Sequence record: SRR22947727_2045
Length of the DNA stretch: 64,000 nucleotides
Direction: 5' to 3' (one strand)
Below, in pieces: positions 47,245 to 58,209 of this stretch. Below the pieces are notes generated by a model. It did no database searches and was not told where the DNA came from. It saw nothing but the letters and a program-made list of their open reading frames with translations. The first letter of the stretch is position 1, and each line of letters starts with the position of its first letter. The position numbers were made by a program, and so were the translations under genes.

Positions 47245-48408
47245 CTAGTCCACGGAGGATGTTCGCCCCAGCATCAGGGCCAAGCGCAGGGTGAGTGTCC
47301 CGCGAGGGTCGGTTGCCGAGAACCCGGTGATGTCGGTGATGCGGCCTAGTCGGTAGCGCACCGTATTGGGGTGCACGAACAGCAGGCGGGCCGTTCCCTC
47401 CAAGGAGGGGCTTTGCTCCAAGAACGCCTCGGCGGTAGCCAGGAGGTGCTCCTCTCCCGCGAGGGGGGAGTAGACGGACTCGATGAGTTCGGCCCGTGCC
47501 AGAGCATCACCTGCGATGGCCCGCTCGGGAAGTAATTCGTCGGTGGAGACCGGGCGCGGTGCCTGGGGCCAGGCGTCGGCGGCATGCACCGCTGCGGTCG
47601 CGGCGCGAATGCTGATACCCACGGCGTCGAAGTCCATGGCTCGTCGACCGATCACCACCGGCCCGGGTCCGAAGTGCGGTGCGAGGAGTCGTGCCGCGCG
47701 TGATGCGTCCTCGTCGCTGGTGATCCGACCGACGAGAGCTACGAGGTGGTCCCCGTGCATTCCGGTGAGCAGCATCAAGTCGTGGTTGCGCGATGCGCGG
47801 CGCAAGACATCGAGTGCGCCTTCCACGTCTGACACAGGTGCGTAACCCGCGACCACGGTGATCGGTGCCGCGTCGGACCAGCCGAGGGCGGAAATGCGCG
47901 AGGCGACCGACGGGTCCATCTCGTCGCGCAGGATCGAGTCAACGACCAATGCTTCGAGTCGAGCATCCCAGGCGCCGCGGGCTTCGGCCGCACGCGCGTA
48001 GACCTCGGCGGCGGAGAAAGCGATCTCGCGCGAGTACCGCAGGGTCGCTTCCTGTACCAGCGAGCGCTCCGGTTCGTCGATGAGTGCATCGATCGCGGAT
48101 TCGACGACGTCGATGGTGGTCCGAACCATGGCTACGGTCTGCTCGAGCGACACGATGCGCGCCAGTTCGCGTGGTGCGGAACCGAAGACGTCCGCCGTCA
48201 GCTGCGGCGACTCGTTCGAGTCGGAAGCCCATTCCAGGAAGGCGGAAATACCGGCGTGCGCGACGAGAGAGACCCACGCGCGCTCATCGGCCGACAGTTG
48301 GCGGTACCAGGGGTAGGTGGACTCCATTCGGACCGTTGCCTGGGTGGCGAGGTCGCCCGCAGCCGCGGTAAGCCGATCGATGAAGCCGGCGTCGAGCGGC
48401 GTTCGCAT
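47245..48408 (-). CDS. fasR: PucR-family fatty-acid synthesis regulator (FasR/MabR type)
   Basis: VFG.APREL.R, YSREIAFSAA.VYARAAE.RGAWDARLE and LFVHPNTVRYRL motifs. Directly upstream of fabD. Confidence 0.88.
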   Translation of the reverse strand: MRTPLDAGFIDRLTAAAGDLATQATVRMESTYPWYRQLSADERAWVSLVAHAGISAFLEWASDSNESPQLTADVFGSAPRELARIVSLEQTVAMVRTTIDVVESAIDALIDEPERSLVQEATLRYSREIAFSAAEVYARAAEARGAWDARLEALVVDSILRDEMDPSVASRISALGWSDAAPITVVAGYAPVSDVEGALDVLRRASRNHDLMLLTGMHGDHLVALVGRITSDEDASRAARLLAPHFGPGPVVIGRRAMDFDAVGISIRAATAAVHAADAWPQAPRPVSTDELLPERAIAGDALARAELIESVYSPLAGEEHLLATAEAFLEQSPSLEGTARLLFVHPNTVRYRLGRITDITGFSATDPRGTLTLRLALMLGRTSSVD

Positions 48409-48412
48409 GCGT

Positions 48413-48444
48413 TATCCGAGTATCCGAGTATCCGGCTATCCGAC
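48413..48444. repeat. 8-bp tandem repeat TATCCGAG-like, 4 units
   Basis: TATCCGAG TATCCGAG TATCCGGC TATCCGAC. Confidence 0.8.
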
Positions 48445-49572
48445 GTTCACGCCGACGAGGCTGCCGACGAGGTATGTAACAGCCGCAGCACCGACACCCC
48501 ACAGAACCTGGCGCCCCGCACTGAAGGCGACTCCGCGTCCGGATTGATAGCCCACGAGGCCACCGACCACGATCAAACTGACGAGGGCGAGAACGACGGC
48601 CAGAACAAACGCCGTCATGCCGGAGAACAGTGCGTACGGAACAACCACGACGGATGCGCCGATCGCGAAGGAGAAGAAACTCGAGACCGCCGCCTTCCAC
48701 GCTGAGCCCAACTCGTTCGGGTCGAGGCCCAGCTCCTCTCGCGCCAACGTGTCCAACGCAATCTCCGGATTCTTCATGATCTGATCGGCCACAGCTCGCG
48801 CCTGCTCGCGGGGCAACCCTTTGGCTCGGTAGATGAGTTCGAGCTCCAGACGCTCTTCCTCCGGCTTTTCCAGCAACTCTTGTCGTTCGAGGTCGATTTC
48901 TCGCTTGAACAGATCGCGCTGGCTTGCCATAGATACGTACTCACCCGCCGCCATCGAGAAGGCTCCGGCCAGCAGCCCAGCCAAGCCAGCGAACAGCACG
49001 ACGGAGTTCTCGATCGCACCCGCCAGGCTTGCGCCCGCGAATCCCATGACGAGAGCGGTGTTGGAGACCAGTCCGTCGCTGACCCCGAAGACGGCGGCGC
49101 GCACCGACCCGGACTTGTCCGTTCGGTGCCACGGCTCGGCTCCCTTGGTCGAACGTTCTCGGTGCGGAAATCGCTCCGGCTCGCCTCCCTTAAGTGCTCG
49201 GAACACATCCGCGTGTTCTCGCTCATCGGACGGCATCGTGGGCAGGGCCTCGGGCTCGTCGTCGTACATGCCGGCGTCTGCGCCTTCGTTCTGTTCTAGG
49301 TTGTCTAGGACGGAGACCAATCCCAGCGATCGCGCCCGTCGCACCAACTGCTCATCATCGGCGTTGAGCACCGTGGGCGCCGGCGGAATTTCGACGCCGT
49401 AAGCGGTGAGTTTGTCTACCCAGTGTTGGGCGTGCTTGTCCTCGACATCAGCCAACTCCAGCAGCGCTTCCCGCTGGTCACCGTCGGTGGATTCGGCCAG
49501 AGCCCGATACAGCAGGGACGCATTGCGTTCGGCATCCAGATAACGAAGGAAACGTCGTGGATCGTTGGACAC
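48436..49572 (-). CDS. VIT1/CCC1 transporter with N-terminal ferritin/rubrerythrin-like domain
   Basis: ExxH motifs (EDKH, EREH); RAAVFGVSDGLVS and AGAFSMAAGEYVS motifs. Confidence 0.88.
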   Translation of the reverse strand: MSNDPRRFLRYLDAERNASLLYRALAESTDGDQREALLELADVEDKHAQHWVDKLTAYGVEIPPAPTVLNADDEQLVRRARSLGLVSVLDNLEQNEGADAGMYDDEPEALPTMPSDEREHADVFRALKGGEPERFPHRERSTKGAEPWHRTDKSGSVRAAVFGVSDGLVSNTALVMGFAGASLAGAIENSVVLFAGLAGLLAGAFSMAAGEYVSMASQRDLFKREIDLERQELLEKPEEERLELELIYRAKGLPREQARAVADQIMKNPEIALDTLAREELGLDPNELGSAWKAAVSSFFSFAIGASVVVVPYALFSGMTAFVLAVVLALVSLIVVGGLVGYQSGRGVAFSAGRQVLWGVGAAAVTYLVGSLVGVNVG

Positions 49573-49634
49573 GCGCCCTCCTTATCCGGGAATCGACTCG
49601 ATACTGGTGCGGCAAGACTTCTGGACCTGCCGAC

Positions 49635-52421
49635 TCACCCTGATCCTTCCGTATTTCCCGCGTCTGCGGCGGATGGGTCATCGAGTTGGTAGGTCTTGAT
49701 CGCTCGAGTGACGGTTCCTGGGTCGATGTCTCCCGAACGCGCGAGCATGGCGAGTGCTTGCACCGTGATCGATTCAGCGTCCACCAGGAAATGCCGGCGC
49801 AGCGCGCCGCGCGTGTCCGACAGACCCCAACCGTCGGTACCCAGGGACACGAACGGCTGCGGAACCCATTCACGAATCTGGTCTTGCACCGCGCGCATCC
49901 AATCGGACACCGCAACCACTGGGCCTGGGCGGCCCTCCAGGCGTTGGGTGACGAAGGGCACCAGTGGCTCGTCCTCGGGGTTGAGCATGTTGTGGCGGTC
50001 GGCGGCCAGGCCGTCGCGCCTGAGTTGATTCCAACTGGTCACCGACCAGACGTCCGCAACGACTCCCCAGTCCTGCGCCAGCAGCTCTTGGGCGCGCAGC
50101 GCCCAGTTCACTCCGACGCCGCTGGCCAGCAGTTGCACGTGGGAACCGTCGCCGGACCCCTCGCTGATCAGGTGCATTCCCTTGATGATTCCCTTGATGT
50201 CGCAGTTGTCCGGCTCGGCCGGTTGCGGGTAGGGCTCGTTGTAGATCGTCAGGTAATAGAACACGTTGGGTGATTCCCCACGGTGCTCGTCGAGGAGATC
50301 GAACTCGCTGTATGTCGGATCGGGATCGGGGTCCCCGTACATGCGTTGCAGCCCGGACTTGACGATGTGCCCGAGCTCGTAGCCGAACGCTGGGTCGTAG
50401 GCCACCACCGCGGGATTGGTGCTCGCGAGCAGTTGGCTGTGGCCGTCCTCGTGTTGGAGCCCCTCGCCGTTCAATGTGGTCCGACCGGCAGTCGCCCCGA
50501 GGACGAAGCCGCGTGCCATTTGGTCCCCCGCCGCCCAGAAGCCGTCGCCGGTCCGCTGGAAACCGAACATGGAGTAGAAGATGTAGATCGGAATCATCGG
50601 CACGTCGTGGGTGGAGTAGGAGGTGCCGACGGCGGTGAAGGAGGCGACCGAACCCGCCTCGTTGATCCCTTCGTGCAGGATCTGTCCAGTCTCTGATTCC
50701 TTGTATGACAGCATCAGCTCTCTGTCGACCGATGTGTACTGCTGCCCGTTCGGTGAGTAGATCTTCAATGTGGGGAACAACGAGTCCATGCCGAAGGTGC
50801 GCGCCTCGTCGGGGATGATCGGGACGAAGTGTGCGCCCATGCCCTCGTCGCGGATCAGTTCCTTCAGAAGTCGAACGAACGCCATGGTTGTCGCCACCGG
50901 CTGCTTGCCCGATCCGCGTTGGACTACCTCGTACGTGGAGTCCGGTGGTTGAGGCAGCGGACGTGCGGTCGTTCGTCGACTCGGCAGGAAACCACCAAGG
51001 GTCGTGCGTCGGTCGAGCATGTACTGGATCGCGGGATTGTCCGGACCGGGGTTGTAGTACGGGGGCAGGTACTCGTCGAGCTGTGAGTCCGCGATGGGAA
51101 TGTGCAGCCGATCGCGAAACTCCTTCAGATCCTCCACCGTCAGCTTCTTCATTTGGTGCGTGGAGTTTCTCGCTTCGAAGTGCGATCCCAGCGTCCAACC
51201 CTTGATGGTCTTGGCCAAGATGACGGTGGGTTGACCCTTGACCTTCGTGGCGGCCTCGTATGCGGCATACATCTTGCGGTAGTCGTGCCCACCACGTTGC
51301 AAGGACCAGATCTGGTCATCGCTCCAGGTCTCCACGAGTTTCGCGGTTCGCGGATCGCGTCCGAAGAAGTGATCTCGAATGAAGGCTCCGTTCTCGGCCT
51401 TGTAGGTCTGGAAGTCGCCGTCGTGGGTGTTGTTCATCAAATTGACCAAGGCACCATCGCGGTCCGCCGCCAACAGTTGATCCCAGGCTCGTCCCCAGAC
51501 CACCTTGATCACGTTCCATCCGGCGCCGCGGAAAAGCGACTCGAGTTCTTGAATGATCTTGCCGTTGCCGCGAACGGGTCCATCGAGGCGCTGAAGATTG
51601 CAGTTAACGACGAAGACGAGGTTGTCGAGCTCCTCCCGCGCCGCGAGGGACAGCGCGCCGACGGCGTCGACCTCGTCGGTTTCGCCGTCGCCGAGGAAGG
51701 CGTACACCTTCTGCTGCGACGTGTCGGCCAAGCCGCGGTTCTGCAGGTACTTGTTGAACCGTGCCTGGTAAATGGCGTTGAGGGGCCCCAGGCCCATCGA
51801 GACGGTCGGGAACTGCCAGAACGATGGCATGAGTCGCGGATGCGGATAGGAAGGAAGGCCACCACCGGGGTGGGAGAGTTCCTGACGGAAGCCATCCATC
51901 TGGGACTCGGTGATCCGACCCTCGATGAAGGCTCGCGCGTACATGCCGGGGGACGCGTGGCCTTGGAAGAAGAGTTGGTCCGCGCCGCCGGGGTGGTCGG
52001 GGCCCTTAAAGAAGTGGTTGAAGCCGACCTCGTACAGCGTCGCCGAACTTGCGTACGTGGAGATGTGCCCTCCGACGGACACGCCGGGACGTTGCGCTCG
52101 GTGCACCATGATGGCGGCGTTCCACCGGATCATCCGGCGAATCTCCCGCTCCACGGCCTCATCCCCGGGGAACCAGGGCTCGCGTTCGGGGGAGATGGTG
52201 TTGATGTAGTCGGTGCTGCGCAGGCTCGGCACACCGACGTTGCGTTCTGCCGCTCGGCGCAACAGCGAGAGCATCATGTAGCGGGCGCGGTAGTTGCCCG
52301 AGGTGTCGACCAGTGCGTCGAGGGAGTCGATCCACTCGCGGGTCTCGTCCGGATCGACGTCCACGTACTGGGTCGGCAAGCCGCCCGCCAGGGGAGCGGA
52401 AGAGTCGCTCTCAGGGGCCAT
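49635..52421 (-). CDS. aceE: Pyruvate dehydrogenase E1, homodimeric type
   Basis: [34 protein letters not shown] and [11 protein letters not shown] motifs. Confidence 0.97.
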   Translation of the reverse strand: MAPESDSSAPLAGGLPTQYVDVDPDETREWIDSLDALVDTSGNYRARYMMLSLLRRAAERNVGVPSLRSTDYINTISPEREPWFPGDEAVEREIRRMIRWNAAIMVHRAQRPGVSVGGHISTYASSATLYEVGFNHFFKGPDHPGGADQLFFQGHASPGMYARAFIEGRITESQMDGFRQELSHPGGGLPSYPHPRLMPSFWQFPTVSMGLGPLNAIYQARFNKYLQNRGLADTSQQKVYAFLGDGETDEVDAVGALSLAAREELDNLVFVVNCNLQRLDGPVRGNGKIIQELESLFRGAGWNVIKVVWGRAWDQLLAADRDGALVNLMNNTHDGDFQTYKAENGAFIRDHFFGRDPRTAKLVETWSDDQIWSLQRGGHDYRKMYAAYEAATKVKGQPTVILAKTIKGWTLGSHFEARNSTHQMKKLTVEDLKEFRDRLHIPIADSQLDEYLPPYYNPGPDNPAIQYMLDRRTTLGGFLPSRRTTARPLPQPPDSTYEVVQRGSGKQPVATTMAFVRLLKELIRDEGMGAHFVPIIPDEARTFGMDSLFPTLKIYSPNGQQYTSVDRELMLSYKESETGQILHEGINEAGSVASFTAVGTSYSTHDVPMIPIYIFYSMFGFQRTGDGFWAAGDQMARGFVLGATAGRTTLNGEGLQHEDGHSQLLASTNPAVVAYDPAFGYELGHIVKSGLQRMYGDPDPDPTYSEFDLLDEHRGESPNVFYYLTIYNEPYPQPAEPDNCDIKGIIKGMHLISEGSGDGSHVQLLASGVGVNWALRAQELLAQDWGVVADVWSVTSWNQLRRDGLAADRHNMLNPEDEPLVPFVTQRLEGRPGPVVAVSDWMRAVQDQIREWVPQPFVSLGTDGWGLSDTRGALRRHFLVDAESITVQALAMLARSGDIDPGTVTRAIKTYQLDDPSAADAGNTEGSG

Positions 52422-52707
52422 TGGTGTTCGCACCCTCTTTCGTCTGACGCTCCCGAGGGGTCGCCCCGGGGCCGTGTCATCGGTGGTGAACTGTGTGTAG
52501 GAGCATTCTCGCGTATGGGCGTCGACAGTCGCCACGCGCCCTACCGGGGCGAGTCAAGAGGAAAAAGTGTGGCGCTGGCGGGGCAGTTGCGGGGAGTATC
52601 GCGAACGAGTTGGCCGGAACTGCTTGCGTAGGGCGGGGACTTTCGGTGGACTAGGCACACTCGAGGCGACGCAAGGGGCGTCGTCGTGGCCGTTCAGGAG
52701 GAAACAC

Positions 52708-53142
52708 GTGAGCGCGGATGCCGGGTCGATCGACCTGGAAGAGGCACAGCGTCGTGCGTCTGCCCTGAATCTGGATGCGGGTATGACCGTCCAGGAATTG
52801 AACTGGGACGAAGACGCCGACCCCGTCATCCGGTCGGGTATCGAGGAGATCATCGGTGGCGACCTGGTGGACGAGGACTTCGATGACGTTGTCGACGCGG
52901 TGGTGATGTGGTGGCGCGATGACGACGGAGATCTGGTGGACGGTCTCGTTGACGCCATCGGACCGCTCGCCGATCACGGAGTCATCTGGCTGATGACTCC
53001 CAAGCCGGGGCGTGAAGGTCACATCGAGTCCGAGGACATCGCTGACGCCGCTCCGACGGCGGGGCTGCAGCAAACGAGCACCATCAGCGCCGGCTCCTTT
53101 TGGCAGGGCACACGTTTGGTTGCTCCGCGTTCCAAGCGCTAA
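52708..53142 (+). CDS. DUF3052 family protein
   Basis: VQE..WDED.D, WWRDDDGDLVD and IW..TPK.GR motifs; AGGAGG RBS. Divergent from aceE. Confidence 0.88.
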   Translation: MSADAGSIDLEEAQRRASALNLDAGMTVQELNWDEDADPVIRSGIEEIIGGDLVDEDFDDVVDAVVMWWRDDDGDLVDGLVDAIGPLADHGVIWLMTPKPGREGHIESEDIADAAPTAGLQQTSTISAGSFWQGTRLVAPRSKR

Positions 53143-53189
53143 CGTCCTTTTAGGTGTGCACGGGGCGCACCACGGCCCGGAGGAAGCCC

Positions 53190-53648
53190 ATGGCACTCGA
53201 GATTGGCACGACCGCCCCTGACTTCACGCTGCGCAATCAGTTCGGCCAGACAGTGTCGCTATCGGATTTTCGCGGCAAGAAGGTCGTGGTGATGTTCTAC
53301 CCGTTCGCCTTCACCAGCACCTGCACCGGTGAGATGTGTGCGATCAAGGATCGGATCGGTGATTTCGACAACGACGACACCGTGATGGTCAGTATCTCGT
53401 GTGATCCGACGGCCTCGTTGAAGGTGTTCGCCGAGACCGAAGGCCTCACCCACCAACTGCTGAGCGATTTCTGGCCGCACGGGGAAGTGTCCCGGGCATA
53501 CGAAGCCTTCTGGGAGAAGACCGGGTTCGCGACGCGGGCGACGTACGTCCTCGACCGCGACGGAGTCATCCGTTGGTCGGTGGTCAACGGTCCGGGTGAG
53601 GCGCGGGACGCCGATGATTATGCCAGCGCCCTGGCGGCGCTGGGCTGA
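53190..53648 (+). CDS. ahpE: Peroxiredoxin, AhpE type
   Basis: FYPFAFTSTCTGE, LLSDFWPHGEV and RAT motifs. Confidence 0.88.
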   Translation: MALEIGTTAPDFTLRNQFGQTVSLSDFRGKKVVVMFYPFAFTSTCTGEMCAIKDRIGDFDNDDTVMVSISCDPTASLKVFAETEGLTHQLLSDFWPHGEVSRAYEAFWEKTGFATRATYVLDRDGVIRWSVVNGPGEARDADDYASALAALG

Positions 53649-53716
53649 TCCGGCCCCGATGAGCGGGCTCGTCATCTCAAGATGCGCGATCACCGAATTA
53701 ACGGTGGACTTAGGCC

Positions 53717-53756
53717 ACTGCGGGTGCGGGGGGCCCGAGACCTGCGCACCCGCAGT
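53717..53756. terminator. Strong hairpin between convergent ahpE and FUSC-like genes
   Basis: 12-bp arms ACTGCGGGTGCG/CGCACCCGCAGT. Confidence 0.55.
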
Positions 53757-53825
53757 ACCCCTCACACCTCGTGCCGATTCCGTATTGGGCGCGTCTGTCC
53801 TCTCAGGATTCCTCCGCAGACCGGC

Positions 53826-54881
53826 TTACCGAGGTAGATGTCCGGCTTCTTCTTCGTCCACCTTCGCCTGATTGATCTGCTCCATGTGCGACACGATGCC
53901 GCCGATGAGTGCGATCTGTGCGGTTCGTTCGGCCTCCCGCACCGCTTGATGGGCGGCGGTCTTGCCGATGGTCCGCGTGGGGTCGTCGGTGGCCAGGTTC
54001 GCAGCGGTCGCGGCGATTAGGTCTGCCAGCGGCGACAACGCCGCCGGTGGAAGGGCACCGGAACCGTCCGTGTTGCTCGACGATGCGCGACGTAGATCCG
54101 ATGCCAACGACAACGCGCGGGTGGACATGATCTGGCAGGCGTCGACTTCGGCTTGGACGGCGTGCAGGTCCGAGGTGGTCACCCGAATGCTCCAGCGGCG
54201 ATTCATCTTGAGGTCTTCCAGGCCGGCGGCTAAACCGAGAACCTGATTGCGCAAATCGACGGCTTCGTCGAACCAGGCCCGCACGGCTTCCGGACCGGGA
54301 TCGGTGCGGAGTTCGACGGCGATGCGTTCCAAGAGTTGCCCGAGGCGCTCTTGCACGTCATCGGCCTTGTCTTCCAAATTGCGAGTGGCCTTTGTCGGAG
54401 ACGCAACGTAGCTGGCGAGGACCGCAAAGATGGCGCCGATCACGATTCCCGCGAATCGCTCGACGGCGAGTTCGGTGGTCAGGTTTGTTCCGATGACCAA
54501 GATCACGGTGACGGCAAGAGCGGTCGCCACCAGCGGGGATTCGTCAGGACTCGCGACGTGCAAGAGTCGTGCGACAACAAAGCACAAGGCGACCAACAAG
54601 AGGATCGTCACCGCCCCGCTCCCGACAACCGACACGATCCCCAACGCGACGGCGGCACCGACGAGGGCTCCGGTGACCTGGATGAACGCACCCTTGGTTG
54701 CCTGATGGAAGCTCGCCTGGGTGGCGATCACCGCGGTGATCGCCGCAGGAACAGCGCTGGCCAAGGGAAGTGCCTGCGCGACGATGTACGCCAGGAAGGC
54801 AGCGAGCGATGTGGCCGCCGCGATCCGGGTATACGAACGATCGATCCGCGCCGCTCGCTTGCGTAGCCGTTCGCCTCTCAC
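53826..54881 (-). CDS. FUSC/aromatic-acid-exporter-like membrane protein
   Basis: N-terminal TM bundle (AAITAVI...ERF.G..IG) followed by a helical cytoplasmic domain. Confidence 0.7.
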   Translation of the reverse strand: MRGERLRKRAARIDRSYTRIAAATSLAAFLAYIVAQALPLASAVPAAITAVIATQASFHQATKGAFIQVTGALVGAAVALGIVSVVGSGAVTILLLVALCFVVARLLHVASPDESPLVATALAVTVILVIGTNLTTELAVERFAGIVIGAIFAVLASYVASPTKATRNLEDKADDVQERLGQLLERIAVELRTDPGPEAVRAWFDEAVDLRNQVLGLAAGLEDLKMNRRWSIRVTTSDLHAVQAEVDACQIMSTRALSLASDLRRASSSNTDGSGALPPAALSPLADLIAATAANLATDDPTRTIGKTAAHQAVREAERTAQIALIGGIVSHMEQINQAKVDEEEAGHLPR

Positions 54882-55519
54882 AAAGAAAGTATGGACCCGG
54901 AGGAGTTATTCAAGGTCATCGTCTCTGCCTCGTCGGGGTCGTGGGTGACGTGCACGGCGGGAATGCCGGTGCGGCGAACCAGGGCGAGGACGTCGGCGGC
55001 CAGGCGTGATCGCAGTGGCGCGTCCAAGGCACTGAACGGTTCGTCCAGACACACAACAGCGGGGTCGGACGCGAGTGCACGGGCGAGCGACACCCGTTGC
55101 GCCTGGCCACCGCTGAGTTGATCAATGTTCCGGTCGCCGAGGCCCGCGAGATCCACCCAACTCAAGAGCTCATCTGCTGTGCTCCGGGCTTCACTCGCCG
55201 ACGCGCCGGATCGACGCGGACCGTACGCGACGTTGTCACGCACCGTCATCGTCGGAAACAGTAAGGGCTCTTGAAACACCATGGCCACTTTGCGGGCGTG
55301 TGTGGGAATCTGCGTTACATCGACCCCGTCAATGAGAACGCGACCCGAGCGAGCGGGGATCACGCCCGCGATCGTGGACAGCAGCGTCGACTTGCCGCAG
55401 CCACTCGGCCCGACGACGGCCAGCACACTCCCAGGCGGCACCGTGAAGGTCACGGGTTCTCCCAACGCGGATTCGTATCCGATGGTGAGGTTCTCGCACG
55501 TCAGAGTGTGACCGTTCAT
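54878..55519 (-). CDS. thiQ: ABC transporter ATP-binding protein (thiamine)
   Basis: GPSGCGKS, LSGGQAQR, LDEPF and VTHD motifs. Confidence 0.8.
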   Translation of the reverse strand: MNGHTLTCENLTIGYESALGEPVTFTVPPGSVLAVVGPSGCGKSTLLSTIAGVIPARSGRVLIDGVDVTQIPTHARKVAMVFQEPLLFPTMTVRDNVAYGPRRSGASASEARSTADELLSWVDLAGLGDRNIDQLSGGQAQRVSLARALASDPAVVCLDEPFSALDAPLRSRLAADVLALVRRTGIPAVHVTHDPDEAETMTLNNSSGSILSL

Positions 55520-57084
55520 GATCGTCGACCTCCTCGGTCGACGGCCGCGACAAGCGTTGTGGTCATGACGACGAGAACGACCGCCATAGCCGCCGCCACC
55601 CCGAAGGATGCTTCACCGGGACGACCGAGAAGTCGCGCGATCACGAGGGGAACCGTAGGGCCGTCGGCTCGAGCGAGAAAAGAGGCAGCCCCGAACTCTC
55701 CGAGAGACACCGCGCAGGCGAGACCCCCGGCCGCGATCATCACTGTCCTCAGGGTCGGCCCGTAGCCGGTCCACCACGCTCGCGACGGCCGGGCGCCGAG
55801 GGTGGCGGCGACGGTCACGAGGCGGGCGTCGGTGGAACGCAGCGTCGGGGTGGCGACCGCCACGACGAGCGGAACGGCGATGAGAGCGTGGGCGATCGGG
55901 ATCAACAGACCGGTGGCGCGAAGATCCACCGGGGGACGCCCGTAGGCCAGCATCGTGGCCAGGCCCAGCGTCGCGGCCGATATGCCCAGCGGCAGAGCCG
56001 TCGCAAGAGCGAAGGCCCGTCCGAGACGATGCGCCAGCACACTCATCGCGGCGAGGCCACCGACAGTGGCTGCAACGAGCCCGGTGACGAGTGCGAACGA
56101 TAGGGACCGCGCCATGGCGCTGAGCGGTGACCCGATCCGAGTGCTTCCAGCGTCGATCGTCTCAAAGCCGGCGAAGATCGCCCACCAACTCATCGTGAAG
56201 CCGGACGACGATCGCACCGACGACCACACCAGTGAGGACACGGGGGCGAGAACGATGACGACGGTCGCTGCGACAACGATGCCGACGGCCCATCGGGCCG
56301 ATCCGAGTGGACGCCGCAGGCGGAAGGTGCGCAGCGCACCCCTGGGGATCGCGTTGCGCGTTCGAGCGGCCCACCACAACACCGTGCCGACAACGATCGC
56401 CTGGATGGCGGCGCTGACCGCGGCGGCCTGGAAATTCAAAAGGATGGAGGTTTGTCGAAGCACCAGCGACTCAAGGGTGCGCGTGTTGGAGTCTCCGAGC
56501 AGTAGCACGATGCCCAGCGAGGTGAAAGAGAAGACGAACACGATCACTGCGGCCGAAGCGATGGCAGGACCGAGGGCAGGCAGTGTCACGGTGCGAAACG
56601 CTGTCCACCGTGATGCGCCCAGAGTCCTCGCGGCGATATCGAGTCGAGGATCGATGGTGGACCAGCGGGCACCCACGATCCGCACCACCACCGCCATATT
56701 CAGGTACGCGTGCGCGAGCACGACGATGAGGAAACCCGAACCGAGATCGGAGCCGACCAGCGATCGAAACGCCAACGCGACCACCACGGTGGGAAGGACG
56801 AACGGCACGGTGGCCAGAGCCAGAGCCCATCGACGTCCCGGGAAGCGGTACCGGGTCAGCACGTTGGCCATGGGCAGTCCGACGACTAGCGAAACAGCGG
56901 TGCTCGCCAGTGCTTGCACCGTCGCCAGTCCAGCTACTCGCCACGGAAGCGAGTCCGATACGTACTCGATCGTCCCCGGCGAGAGGACTTGCCCAGCCAA
57001 CGAGACCAGCGGCACCACCATGAACGCGAGCAGGAAGCCGGCGGGCGCGATCCATGCCCACCGCAACCAGGTCGGTGCTGTCAT
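55516..57084 (-). CDS. thiP: ABC transporter permease (thiamine; two-module)
   Basis: PFVLPT, AARTLGA, SFTSLG and SLGEFGA motifs. Confidence 0.82.
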   Translation of the reverse strand: MTAPTWLRWAWIAPAGFLLAFMVVPLVSLAGQVLSPGTIEYVSDSLPWRVAGLATVQALASTAVSLVVGLPMANVLTRYRFPGRRWALALATVPFVLPTVVVALAFRSLVGSDLGSGFLIVVLAHAYLNMAVVVRIVGARWSTIDPRLDIAARTLGASRWTAFRTVTLPALGPAIASAAVIVFVFSFTSLGIVLLLGDSNTRTLESLVLRQTSILLNFQAAAVSAAIQAIVVGTVLWWAARTRNAIPRGALRTFRLRRPLGSARWAVGIVVAATVVIVLAPVSSLVWSSVRSSSGFTMSWWAIFAGFETIDAGSTRIGSPLSAMARSLSFALVTGLVAATVGGLAAMSVLAHRLGRAFALATALPLGISAATLGLATMLAYGRPPVDLRATGLLIPIAHALIAVPLVVAVATPTLRSTDARLVTVAATLGARPSRAWWTGYGPTLRTVMIAAGGLACAVSLGEFGAASFLARADGPTVPLVIARLLGRPGEASFGVAAAMAVVLVVMTTTLVAAVDRGGRRS

Positions 57085-57120
57085 CGTGTTCTGCGCTCGA
57101 GAACGTGTGCGTGAGGAGCG

Positions 57121-58206
57121 CTAGCGGCCCATCACGGCACCCCACTCGGAGAGAATCTCGTCGATGTTGTCCGCGATGTACTCCGAGGACAACTCCTCGG
57201 CGTCAGGCACCTGCGGCGCGAAGCGTTCGAACACCTCAGGCAAGGCCGTACCGTCCCGGGCCGGGAAGACGAACATGTTCAGCGGAATGTCCGCTTGCAC
57301 GCCCGGGGAGAGCAGCCAGTCGATGACCAGCGTGGCGGCCTCCGGCTGGTCGGTCCCGGCGAGGATCCCGGCGTACTCCACTTGCCGGTAACAGCCATCG
57401 GTCATCACCGATGTGGAGGGCACCTCGGGCGGCTCACCCTCGGCGTAGACGATCTCGGCCGGCGGGCTGGTGGCGTACGAGACGACGATGGGACGCTCGC
57501 CACCACCGCCGAAGGTGAAGTCGCCGTAGTAAGCATCGCTCCACGAGCCGGCGACCTTCACTCCGTTCTCGCGTAGCCGTTGCCAGTAGTCGACCCAACC
57601 GTCTCCGTATCGGGACACGGTGGACAGGGCGAAAGCGAGGCCCGGGGACGACGTGCCGGGGTCTTGGACCACGAGCAAGTTGCGGTACTGCGGGTCGGCG
57701 AGATCGTCGAGGGTGGTCGGGGGAGCGATGCCCTCGGCGGCGAAGTAGGTGTCGTCGATGTTGATGCACACATCGCCGAAGTCGATCGGCGTCACTCGAC
57801 CATCGAAGGACCGTTCGGCGAGCTCGGGGCGCAGCGCCTGCGCCTCGGTCGAGGTGTAGGCCTCGAAGACGTCCGCGTCCAAGGCCCGCGTCACGAGGGT
57901 GTTGTCCACCCCGAAGATGACGTCGGCCGTGGGTGCTCCGGCGGCCAGGATGGCTCCAGCCACCATCGATCCCGCGTCACCGCCGGACACCAGCTCCAGG
58001 GTGACTCCCGTGGATGCCTCGAAGTCAGCGATGACGTCGTCGCTGAGCGCGAACGAGTCGTGGGTGAGTAGTTGAACGGTTTGACCGGCGAGGTCCGCTG
58101 TGCTTGCGGCCTCGGGTTCGGCATCGGATGCCCCGGAATTGCAGGCGGCGAGTACGAGCACGGACGTCAGGCATCCGGTGCCGAGAACTGCGGGAATGCG
58201 CTTCAT
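57121..58206 (-). CDS. thiB: Thiamine ABC transporter substrate-binding lipoprotein
   Basis: Lipobox LAAC; THDSF, GVDN, SSPGLAF, SYATSP and RQVEYAG motifs. TPP riboswitch upstream. Confidence 0.9.
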   Translation of the reverse strand: MKRIPAVLGTGCLTSVLVLAACNSGASDAEPEAASTADLAGQTVQLLTHDSFALSDDVIADFEASTGVTLELVSGGDAGSMVAGAILAAGAPTADVIFGVDNTLVTRALDADVFEAYTSTEAQALRPELAERSFDGRVTPIDFGDVCINIDDTYFAAEGIAPPTTLDDLADPQYRNLLVVQDPGTSSPGLAFALSTVSRYGDGWVDYWQRLRENGVKVAGSWSDAYYGDFTFGGGGERPIVVSYATSPPAEIVYAEGEPPEVPSTSVMTDGCYRQVEYAGILAGTDQPEAATLVIDWLLSPGVQADIPLNMFVFPARDGTALPEVFERFAPQVPDAEELSSEYIADNIDEILSEWGAVMGR

Positions 58207-58209
58207 GTT

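Noticed and set aside
51102..52631. 509-aa ORF antisense to aceE (and similar antisense ORFs over fabD, fbiB and thiP)
   Set aside because: Antisense frames stay open because of GC3 bias; no recognisable domains.
53649..53825. tRNA often found after ahpE; 6C RNA
   Set aside because: No cloverleaf or GTTCGA T-loop, and no twin C-rich loops.
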